Source: Flavipsychrobacter sp.
Lineage (GTDB): Bacteria > Bacteroidota > Bacteroidia > Chitinophagales > Chitinophagaceae
Direction: 5' to 3'
NCBI GenBank assembly: GCA_035497355.1
Contig: DATJDP010000103.1
Span: 1-57,259, forward strand
Length of the DNA stretch: 57,259 nt
Part shown: positions 26,730 to 34,078 of the stretch, one piece after another
Layout of the letters: each line of letters opens with the position of its first letter
Position numbering within the stretch: position 1 is the first letter of the stretch
Translations under genes and position numbers: made by a program
Notes under the pieces: generated by a model
Told to the model about the DNA's origin: nothing
The model's input: only the letters and a program-made list of their open reading frames with translations
Database searches by the model: none

Positions 26730-27234
26730 AAATTTCCTGTTTCAGTTTTTCTATTGCTAATTCTTTCTCCCTTACTTTTCCCATTCTTATGACATCAATC
26801 AAGGCGAGGTACAAATAAAGCTTGCTGTCCATTTTGGCCGCATTTACAGCACCAGGATACAATGGCTGTACACTTAGGCCTCTATAACCACTCTCTACGT
26901 CCGGCCAAACATATATCTCACTGTCGACTATTTTTTCCTTGAAATATTCATGGCTATGACCCGTGGGCATCCCTTTCGCCATGCCGCCCGGTGTCTGAGG
27001 AAAAATATACGGGAGTCCATAAATAAGAAATTCTGTAAAGGACTGTAATCTGATTTTTTTGTGATCCGCATCAAACAGTCCGGAGATTGCATTTCTCTGA
27101 AGAGAATTAGATATCTCTGCGGTGCTTAAATAAAGTTCGGCAGCCAACTCCTTATTCATCCATGACTTTCTGTTTGCACTAATGATTTTTAACAGTACAA
27201 CGACATCCTGGGGGCGCATGTTGGAATTTACCAT
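26713..27234 (-). CDS. Winged-helix DNA-binding protein, upstream partner of the nucleotidyltransferase
   Basis: 173 aa. The N-terminus …DVVVLLKIISANRKSWMNKELAAELYLSTAEISNSLQRNAISGL is MarR/wHTH-like. It overlaps the downstream gene by 17 nt. Confidence 0.5.
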   Translation of the reverse strand: MVNSNMRPQDVVVLLKIISANRKSWMNKELAAELYLSTAEISNSLQRNAISGLFDADHKKIRLQSFTEFLIYGLPYIFPQTPGGMAKGMPTGHSHEYFKEKIVDSEIYVWPDVESGYRGLSVQPLYPGAVNAAKMDSKLYLYLALIDVIRMGKVREKELAIEKLKQEIYEPSY

Positions 27235-27299
27235 GAGGCAAATATAAAAAATTACATGGTTTATGATTTATAAATCGTAAATCACTTAATGTGATTCTA

Positions 27300-27920
27300 C
27301 ACTAATGGTGTAGCTATCAGAACAACCACAGCAAGTGCCATAGCCATAGCTTTTTTGCCATCGCCATCGCCACGAGCCATCGCCAATGCCGCAGGCCAGT
27401 GCCAATAGCCAGCGCCACAGCTAACCACGGAGGCACGGAGATCATCAATAATGATGAATTGTGAATTATGAATGGCGGGCGGAAGCAAATGATGAACCAC
27501 AGAATGCGAGCGTCGGATATTCTTTGTCATTCCGCCTGCATATAAGCCCCACCCAACCTCCCCTTCGGGGAGGAGCGCCCAGCGATATCCAATGGGATCA
27601 CAAATAAACATGAAGTAGCCCTCCTCTGTCCAGCACTACAGTAGTACTAAAGCGCAGTAGAGAGACATGGCGAACATAGGAAGTCTTTATGTTCGCCGGC
27701 TTTTTTGGTTACTTTTTTAGCCGGAAAAAAGTAACAGAAAGACTCTGAACCAGAATTTATAGGATTTATGATTGACAGAATAAGACTTTCGCACAAAGGC
27801 CAGAGCTTCTGCCAGTGCCATCGCTATAGCCATCGCCATCGCCACCAGCCACTGCCTTCTGCCAGTGCCATGGCCACCAGCCACCAGCCACTGCCATCGC
27901 CAGAGCCGCAAGCCAGCGCC
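27300..27920 (+). repeat. Hexamer tract (27331-27420), long repeat element copy 3 (27446-27812) and a second hexamer tract (27799-27920)
   Basis: caataatgatgaattgtgaattatgaatggcggg…tataagccccacccaacctccccttcggggaggagcgcccagcgatatcc… was read against copies 1 and 2. Confidence 0.9.
27669..27705 (+). terminator. Intrinsic terminator inside repeat copy 3
   Basis: ggcgaacata-ggaagtctt-tatgttcgcc followed by ggctttttt. Confidence 0.6.
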
Positions 27921-27935
27921 CTCAGCTACACTGCT

Positions 27936-28601
27936 TCACTGCTTCACTATTCTCGCTGGCACACCTACTGCCGTGCAGTCAGGAGGCAGCGATTGGGTTA
28001 CTACTGCGCCTGCGCCTATTTTTGTTCGCGCGCCAATAGTCACGTTGTTCAATATCTTCGCTCCGGTTCCTACAAATACGCCTTCTTCCAGCGTTACATT
28101 GCCGGAAATATTAACACCCGGCATCACCGAACAGTAATCACCGATCTGCACGTCATGGCCTACTGTACAGCCCAGGTTTAGCAATACGTGTCTGCCTATC
28201 TTTATGTCTACCGTAAGCAGGTTGCCCGCAGTAATGATGCTCCCCTCTCCTATATTAGCCCGCAGCTCTTTTTCAATCTCAACGGATGGGTGAATGATCA
28301 CCGGATAGGTCAGAAATGGATTGGTAAGCGAGTCGGCCACCTGCTTTTTTATTGTGGGGTCTCCGATAGCGATTACTACGTTATTACTGTCGGTAACTCT
28401 ATTAGGCTCTGGAAGGCTATTGAGAAAGGCACCATTCTCCAATACGGAATAATAACCACAGCGCGTCTGCTTAGGCAGGTTATCATCTATAAAGCCGCAA
28501 AGCGTCCAACACTTCTCGATGCTGTCAATTTTTTCAAGCAATTGGAAGACCTCTCTGCCAAGCCCCCCTGCTCCGTAAACGACTATGGGTCCGGTATACA
28601 T
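27936..28601 (-). CDS. NeuD/PglD-family sugar N-acetyltransferase (Rossmann-like N-domain + LbH)
   Basis: 221 aa with N-terminus VVYGAGGLGREV and C-terminal hexapeptide repeats …IGDYCSVMPGVNISGNVTLEEGVFVGTGAKI…. Confidence 0.75.
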   Translation of the reverse strand: MYTGPIVVYGAGGLGREVFQLLEKIDSIEKCWTLCGFIDDNLPKQTRCGYYSVLENGAFLNSLPEPNRVTDSNNVVIAIGDPTIKKQVADSLTNPFLTYPVIIHPSVEIEKELRANIGEGSIITAGNLLTVDIKIGRHVLLNLGCTVGHDVQIGDYCSVMPGVNISGNVTLEEGVFVGTGAKILNNVTIGARTKIGAGAVVTQSLPPDCTAVGVPARIVKQ

Positions 28602-28830
28602 GTTTTTTGAATTATGAATGTTGAATTATGAATGTTGAACGGGCCAAGAAAATTATGAATGGTGAATTATAAATTATAAATGGATTGAAATAAAGGTAAA
28701 TTGTGGAAGGGTCTTAATCAATAGTGAATGATGAACTATGAAAGGGTCAGAATAAGATGAATCTTAAATATAAATGACAAATGAGGTAAAGCACTAATGA
28801 ATTGTGAGTTATAAATTGCCGATTGCAAAT
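28602..28830. repeat. A+T-rich gaattatgaat word repeats
   Basis: gaattatgaatgttgaattatgaatgttgaac…aattatgaatggtgaattataaattataaatgg…gtgaatgatgaactatgaaa…. Confidence 0.8.
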
Positions 28831-28923
28831 TATGAAATCAAAGTAGCATTACGAAAGGGAAGACATTTGTTTTTAACGGAAAGAGTGAAAATCAGGGAAG
28901 GTGATATATCGGAACATTTAGAA

Positions 28924-28950
28924 ACAAAAAAAGCAGCCGGTTGGCTGCTT
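28924..28950 (-). terminator. Rho-independent terminator after the 28975-29571 acetyltransferase (end of the long minus-strand operon)
   Basis: The minus strand reads aagcagcc-aacc-ggctgctt followed by ttttttt. Confidence 0.65.
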
Positions 28951-28974
28951 ATAATCTTGTTATTCATGTATTTC

Positions 28975-29571
28975 TTATCCTTTTATTATCCTGCCCGGAT
29001 TCCCTACAACGGTTGAGCCGTCCGGTACGTCTCTGATCACCACTGCACCTGCGCCTATTTTGCACCAACTACCGATGCTAATACCCGGGATGACCACTGC
29101 ACCCGCCCCTATATGAGTTCCTTCTCCTACTGAAACATTTCCACAAAGCGTAGCGTTGGGAGAGATATGAACAAAATCTGCAACTAGGCAATCATGCTCT
29201 ACAACTGCACCCGTATTAATAATAACATGTTTTCCGATTTTTGAATCAGCGTTGATAACGGCATTGGCCATCACCACAGTACCAGGGCCAACAGATGATG
29301 ATTCTGCAAGAACTGCTCTGGGGTGGACGGCGGTAAGAAAATTACAGCTCGTTTCAATCCTTCCTGCAATCATCTTTCTTGTATTGTTATCCCCGATACT
29401 TATGACAACACTTTTATCTTTCTTGTCATCCAGTTGAGGGGGAGACACCGTATAGCCACAGAACAGTCCCTTAGGCGCATCATCCCAAATAGCATCTGGT
29501 TTAAGTCCATTTGCTTTGAAAATATCCAATATCACTTTGCCATGGCCACTGGCGCCGTAAAGTATGAGCAT
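28975..29571 (-). CDS. NeuD/PglD-family sugar N-acetyltransferase (second paralog)
   Basis: 198 aa. MLILYGASGHGKVILD… N-domain followed by LbH repeats …IGKHVIINTGAVVEHDCLVADFVHISPNATLCGNVSVGEGTHIGAGAVV…. Confidence 0.8.
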   Translation of the reverse strand: MLILYGASGHGKVILDIFKANGLKPDAIWDDAPKGLFCGYTVSPPQLDDKKDKSVVISIGDNNTRKMIAGRIETSCNFLTAVHPRAVLAESSSVGPGTVVMANAVINADSKIGKHVIINTGAVVEHDCLVADFVHISPNATLCGNVSVGEGTHIGAGAVVIPGISIGSWCKIGAGAVVIRDVPDGSTVVGNPGRIIKG

Positions 29572-29611
29572 CTATGGTAGTAAATAAAAGAAAATTGCCA
29601 AAGGCAAATCA

Positions 29612-29971
29612 TCAGCGATCAAGCAGAAAATTTTCTATCTGGCTAAATGATTTCAGTTTGTAAATTGGAATATCGGAAGTATTATGCCGTATGTGTTTCT
29701 GTGTTTTGGCTACTGCTTGTAGCATTTTCAGAACAGCATAGTCAGCGTTCGCTACAACTATTACCTTCTTTGTTTCCTTAGCCACAAGCAGTTTATCTAT
29801 ATAAAACTGATCCGCAAACGAACGACTAATGTAAGTCACCTGCGTAAAGTCCAACTCTATTTTATCACCGGAACTTTCTTTGATAGCCTGCATCAGTATG
29901 CCTGATGCTTCACGAGTATGTATCGTAGCACCAAACAATTGAAAGATCGATATAGAAGCAGAACCAGCCAT
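29612..29971 (-). CDS. STAS-like small protein (DUF4325-type)
   Basis: 119 aa. The core …TREASGILMQAIKESSGDKIELDFTQVTYISRSFADQFYIDKL… matches the DUF4325/anti-sigma-antagonist-like LDF-GV-ISSSF pattern. Confidence 0.65.
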   Translation of the reverse strand: MAGSASISIFQLFGATIHTREASGILMQAIKESSGDKIELDFTQVTYISRSFADQFYIDKLLVAKETKKVIVVANADYAVLKMLQAVAKTQKHIRHNTSDIPIYKLKSFSQIENFLLDR

Positions 29972-30004
29972 TTCAGGATAGTGAAGTTACGACAATAATA
30001 CTGA

Positions 30005-30922
30005 CTAAATGTCCGTATAATTATAAAAATTAAAATCTCCGGGTGTCAGTGTAGGTAAACGGATTGCGATATATGTACCCTGAAAAAAAGCACTGGACGA
30101 AATATCTGCTATTTGCTGTGATTCAACGGTCTGTAGAAACGTTACACCTCCGGTCCAGATAAAAATCTGCCCTTTCAGGCCATTCACCAACATGTTACGG
30201 GTTGAGGATACTCCAAACCCTCTTGCCTCAGGTCTGTCCTTTGTCGAGCCACCTGTTACAGCCAATAACAGTGCTTCTGCTTCAGTCTTCGTTGCAAAAT
30301 CGGGATGATTGCTGAAAGACCCAAATATCCCTTGGCCGCCATCACAAATACAAAGGTCGAGATAACTACTTTTCGGATAATATTGTGCAAAGACGTAGCC
30401 GTTCGAAGCCCCGGAATGGTCATTAATATTGTTGGTCAACTCGTCAAGAAAGTAGGATAGTGGCATGCGCTGGTTTTCAGAAAACCGTAGCTGGTTTTTA
30501 AGAACTTCAGAAACGGCACTCAGAATATGTTCCCTCGCCAATGATACAGATGTATCTGTACCGGTTTTAAAGCTAATAATCGGTATATATGTTTTATACG
30601 AATACCTCTCTAACGAGTTTTCCTTAAGCGGTTTCCCTTCGTTAACAGAAAAGGTTGTCGGAAAGTGAATTGCTTTCAAATAGGTATGAATGTCCGGATT
30701 ACTTTCGTGATTCAGCGTGAATGTTTTTCCTAACGATTGCAGCCTTATTATTTCACAAACCAATCCTCCGAGGAAGAAAGGATTTAACATCTTCGCCTCA
30801 CTGAAATCCAAGTTAATCCTATCGTCCTTTACTGCATTTATCACCGCAATGATTGTAATTAACTTCGACAGGCTGTCGCCGAAGTCCTCATGAGTCCTGA
30901 TTGGTATTGTAACAGTTTGCAC
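30005..30922 (-). CDS. GHKL (HATPase_c) ATPase/kinase of the SpoIIAB/RsbW type with an N-terminal STAS-like segment
   Basis: 305 aa with N-box DELTNNINDHSG, G1 box ICDGGQGIFG and G2-like EARGFGVSSTRNM. The N-terminal …RINLDFSEAKMLNPFFLGGL… resembles the LDF core of the neighbouring small protein. Confidence 0.65.
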   Translation of the reverse strand: MQTVTIPIRTHEDFGDSLSKLITIIAVINAVKDDRINLDFSEAKMLNPFFLGGLVCEIIRLQSLGKTFTLNHESNPDIHTYLKAIHFPTTFSVNEGKPLKENSLERYSYKTYIPIISFKTGTDTSVSLAREHILSAVSEVLKNQLRFSENQRMPLSYFLDELTNNINDHSGASNGYVFAQYYPKSSYLDLCICDGGQGIFGSFSNHPDFATKTEAEALLLAVTGGSTKDRPEARGFGVSSTRNMLVNGLKGQIFIWTGGVTFLQTVESQQIADISSSAFFQGTYIAIRLPTLTPGDFNFYNYTDI

Positions 30923-30942
30923 TAGCGATTGTTAGCTTGTTT

Positions 30943-31542
30943 TCAGCCTGTAAATTTTTCCATTGTTACCGAGGTGGGGGAATTGATGCCTTCTGACTTA
31001 AATACCTTCGCCACCGTCAGCAAAATGATTTTTACGTCCAGGGCAAAGCTTAAATGCTTCACATACCAAACGTCATATTCAAACTTTTGATTCCAGCTAA
31101 TCGCATTACGGCCGTTCACCTGCGCCCACCCTGTAATACCGGGGCGCACAGCATGTCGCTTCTTTTGTTCTTTATTATACAAAGGGAGATATTCTACCAG
31201 CAATGGTCTCGGACCTACGAGACTCATATCTCCCTTGACGACGTTTAGCAATTGTGGAATTTCATCTAGTGACGTTTTCCGTACAAACCTGCCAATTGCG
31301 GTGAGTCGCTCTGAATCCGGCAGCAAATTGCCGGTAGCATCTCTCTTATCGTTCATCGTTTTAAACTTGATGACTTTGAAAATGCACTCGTTTTGGCCAG
31401 GGCGAGGTTGGAGAAAGAAGGCTCCGCCTCTATTCGCTATGAATAATAACAATGTAACAATTAAAAAAAAGGGAGACAGCACTATAAACCCTGCCAGGGC
31501 AAAGATGAAGTCAAGGGGCCGTTTAAAGTAGTTCTGGTACAC
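30943..31542 (-). CDS. Small monotopic phosphoglycosyl transferase (PglC/WbaP-C-terminal type 'sugar transferase'), initiating enzyme
   Basis: 199 aa: [23 protein letters not shown]…, …KFKTM…, …[22 protein letters not shown]…, …[13 protein letters not shown]…. Confidence 0.9.
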   Translation of the reverse strand: MYQNYFKRPLDFIFALAGFIVLSPFFLIVTLLLFIANRGGAFFLQPRPGQNECIFKVIKFKTMNDKRDATGNLLPDSERLTAIGRFVRKTSLDEIPQLLNVVKGDMSLVGPRPLLVEYLPLYNKEQKKRHAVRPGITGWAQVNGRNAISWNQKFEYDVWYVKHLSFALDVKIILLTVAKVFKSEGINSPTSVTMEKFTG

Positions 31543-31629
31543 GGTACTATAGAGTAGGCTATCAAGTAAGTATGAATAGACTAGTCACGCAAAGACGGGG
31601 TTAACAAATTCTCAAGGGATTTAATGCTA

Positions 31630-32751
31630 TCAAGATGCACTTGCTGTTTTTGGGGAAACTGCAAACAGTTCTATTAGGTGCTTCGCTATGCGCTTCGCCG
31701 TTTTGCCATCCCAAAGTTCAGGAATGCCACCTTCTTTCCAGTTACCGGAAAGTAGCTTTTGAAAAGCTGGTGGTACTGCGGCAGGATCGGTTCCTACCAA
31801 CTCGTTAGTGCCGATGCTGCAAGTTTCTGGTCTTTCTGTATTATCACGAAGCGTTATACAAGGCACATTCATTACAGTAGTTTCTTCTGTAATACCGCCC
31901 GAGTCAGTTACCACTGCCTTAGCATGCTTGACGAGATAATTAAACTCGAGATATCCCAGAGGATCGATCATATGAAGATTTGGCGCGTCAATCCCGATAC
32001 TCTGCAGCATTTTTGCAGTCCTTGGATGAACGGGAAAAACAAGTGGCAAACCTTTAGAAGAGCTAATAATTGCATCCATTAAGGCTTTTAGTTTCTGCTC
32101 TGCATCTACATTGGCCGGTCTGTGCAAGGTCATAACAATATATTCCTTTTCTTTCAGACCTATTTCGTTCCATATTGGCGGCTGCTGGAAACGCGGCATC
32201 TGTTTGAGTAAAGTATCAATCATCGTGTTGCCGACAAAGAAGATCCTGTTATCTGCAACACCGCTTTTTCGAAGATTTTCATTAGCCGTTTCTGAAGTGG
32301 TGAAAAAATAATCAGTTATTGAATCGGTCACCATACGATTGATTTCCTCCGGCATGGTAAGATCGCCACTACGAATACCCGCTTCCACATGTGCTACTTT
32401 AATATTATCCAGCTTTTTTGCAGTGATAGAACAAGCCATCGTGGAAGTAACATCGCCAACTACTAGTACCAAATCTGGCCGTTGCTCCATGAGCACTTTT
32501 TCATAACGGACCATGATGGCGGCTGTTTGTTCCGCCTGAGTGCCTCCGCCGGCCTCCAGATTAATATCAGGTTCGGGAATTCCTAACTGCTGGAAAAAGT
32601 CGCCAGACATCTTTTTATCATAGTGCTGACCGGTATGGATAAGGCGGCAGTTCAGATCAAATCCTTCGTTTTGTTGGTGTTGAATGGCCTCTATGATAGG
32701 GGCAATTTTCATGAAGTTTGGACGCGCTCCTGCGATGATGTCTATAAGCAT
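31630..32751 (-). CDS. wecB: UDP-N-acetylglucosamine 2-epimerase (non-hydrolysing, WecB-like)
   Basis: MLIDIIAGARPNFMKIAPIIEAI… and …VTDSGGITEETTVMNVPCITLRDNTERPET…. The start is set at the ATG complementary to 32749-32751. The 45-aa extension in the ORF track covers repeat words. Confidence 0.85.
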   Translation of the reverse strand: MLIDIIAGARPNFMKIAPIIEAIQHQQNEGFDLNCRLIHTGQHYDKKMSGDFFQQLGIPEPDINLEAGGGTQAEQTAAIMVRYEKVLMEQRPDLVLVVGDVTSTMACSITAKKLDNIKVAHVEAGIRSGDLTMPEEINRMVTDSITDYFFTTSETANENLRKSGVADNRIFFVGNTMIDTLLKQMPRFQQPPIWNEIGLKEKEYIVMTLHRPANVDAEQKLKALMDAIISSSKGLPLVFPVHPRTAKMLQSIGIDAPNLHMIDPLGYLEFNYLVKHAKAVVTDSGGITEETTVMNVPCITLRDNTERPETCSIGTNELVGTDPAAVPPAFQKLLSGNWKEGGIPELWDGKTAKRIAKHLIELFAVSPKTASAS

Positions 32752-32836
32752 GGTGTCAATTTGGTAATTTGATAATGGGGTGAATGTGGCAAATGTGATG
32801 AATGTGGTAAATGTGAATAGGTCGAGTATGTGACGA
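32752..32836. repeat. Word repeats (gtgaatgtgg/aaatgtgat; gtgacgact x2) in an intra-operon spacer
   Basis: ggtaatttgataatggggtgaatgtggcaaatgtgatgaatgtggtaaatgtgaat…gtatgtgacgactaatgtgacgact. Confidence 0.75.
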
Positions 32837-34078
32837 CTAATGTGACGACTTAAGTTGAAGGATTCGTTGAATATACTTTTCAGCAAGTACTTCCCTATCG
32901 AAGTTAACCTTCGCGTAGCGATATCCGTTCTCGCCTTCCGTTTGCAGCCTCATCGGATCTTTTAGATATTGGCGGATTACGGTGTTATAAGCGGCAATAT
33001 TTTCCGGCTCTACATAACTTCCAGCCTGGGCTGTCTCGACAAGTTCACGCGATACACCGTCAATAGCCATCAATATCGGCTTTTTGCAGGACATATAGTC
33101 AAATGTCTTATTGGAATATACCGTCTTAAAGGTATCCACCCGCTTCAATACAGAAGCACCCATTTCAGAAGCAAGAATATATTTAAAGACTTCCTTTTTG
33201 GGAACGGCGTCAATGAAACGCACATTTTTTATAGCCATTTCCTTTGCTTTCTGCTTCAATTTTTCCTTCTCCATTCCCTGCCCGATCAGCAGAAACTGGA
33301 CATTGGTATCTTCCAATGCTTTCCCTGCCTCTAATACCTGCTCCAAGTGGTTCGCTACGCCGTGAGCGCCTACGTAAGTGATCACAAATTTCCCATCCAG
33401 CTCCTGTTGTATTCGAAATGTCTCCCGGTCAAAGCTGTTCAGCAATTCTTCCGACAGCGTAAAGTCTGAAGCGTTGGGAATCATAATCAACTTTCCCGCT
33501 GATACATTCTTCTTCTCTAAAAGTGTCTTATAGAAAGCAGGTGTCAGTACATTGATCAATGCTGCCTTACGATATATGAAGGCTTCAAACCAGTACGCAA
33601 GCTTTATAATTGTTTTATTGGTGAGCACACCTGTATCAATGGCGGATTCCGGCCAGAGGTCCGTGATTTCAAACACAAAAGGCATTCTTCTGAAACGGGA
33701 TACGAGATAGCCGCTGAGGCCGACAAAAAGGGGTGGAGAGGTGACGACTACTACGTCAAACTTGCCTTTTGCCTTAAATAGCCCTGCCCAAAGCGAAGAG
33801 AACATAAAGGAGAAGTAACCCCAAAGCCTGCCGAGAAAGTTCTTATTATAAGCCTCAGAAACATGGCAACGAATAACATTTATGTTTCCCTGTTTTTTCT
33901 TTACAAAGTAGCGCCCTTTATATTCCTGTCTTTTTTCCTTTCCATTGGCATGCATCATCCCCGCCAGGACCGTTACTGTGTGACCTTTATCCGTCCACAT
34001 CTTCGTCATTTCGTTCCAGCGCGAACCACCTGCATCGTCCTCTTCCAGAAAATATTGATGGAGTAATAGTATGTTCAT
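32837..34078 (-). CDS. GT4 glycosyltransferase, WbuB-like (6-deoxy-L-HexNAc transferase type)
   Basis: 413 aa. The N-terminus MNILLLHQYFLEEDDAGGSRWNEM… is typical of the WbuB/CapL family, followed by a GT-B C-terminal domain. Confidence 0.75.
   Translation of the reverse strand: MNILLLHQYFLEEDDAGGSRWNEMTKMWTDKGHTVTVLAGMMHANGKEKRQEYKGRYFVKKKQGNINVIRCHVSEAYNKNFLGRLWGYFSFMFSSLWAGLFKAKGKFDVVVVTSPPLFVGLSGYLVSRFRRMPFVFEITDLWPESAIDTGVLTNKTIIKLAYWFEAFIYRKAALINVLTPAFYKTLLEKKNVSAGKLIMIPNASDFTLSEELLNSFDRETFRIQQELDGKFVITYVGAHGVANHLEQVLEAGKALEDTNVQFLLIGQGMEKEKLKQKAKEMAIKNVRFIDAVPKKEVFKYILASEMGASVLKRVDTFKTVYSNKTFDYMSCKKPILMAIDGVSRELVETAQAGSYVEPENIAAYNTVIRQYLKDPMRLQTEGENGYRYAKVNFDREVLAEKYIQRILQLKSSH

Noticed and set aside
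15141-27935. Classical integron / CALIN array
   Set aside because: No intI-like tyrosine recombinase is in the window, and the 35-bp module does not fit the attC R''/R' consensus (RYYYAAC…GTTRRRY). The cassette-like layout is reported only as a hypothesis.
27297-28181. ORFs 27297-27611, 27717-27911, 27768-28181 and 27865-28137
   Set aside because: The first two lie inside repeat copy 3 and the tracts. The last two are tract sequence running antisense into the acetyltransferase gene.
28804-29016. 70-aa plus-strand ORF
   Set aside because: It spans A+T-rich word repeats, the operon terminator hairpin and the antisense 3' end of the acetyltransferase gene. It is most likely spurious.
31630-32886. 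Long N-terminal extensions of wecB (to 32886), GT2 (to 5053), the FnlA-like gene (to 50210), the GT4 gene (to 42074) and MNT (to 56554)
   Set aside because: Each extension overlaps an upstream gene or repeat words and lacks homology-like sequence. Internal ATGs give canonical family N-termini.
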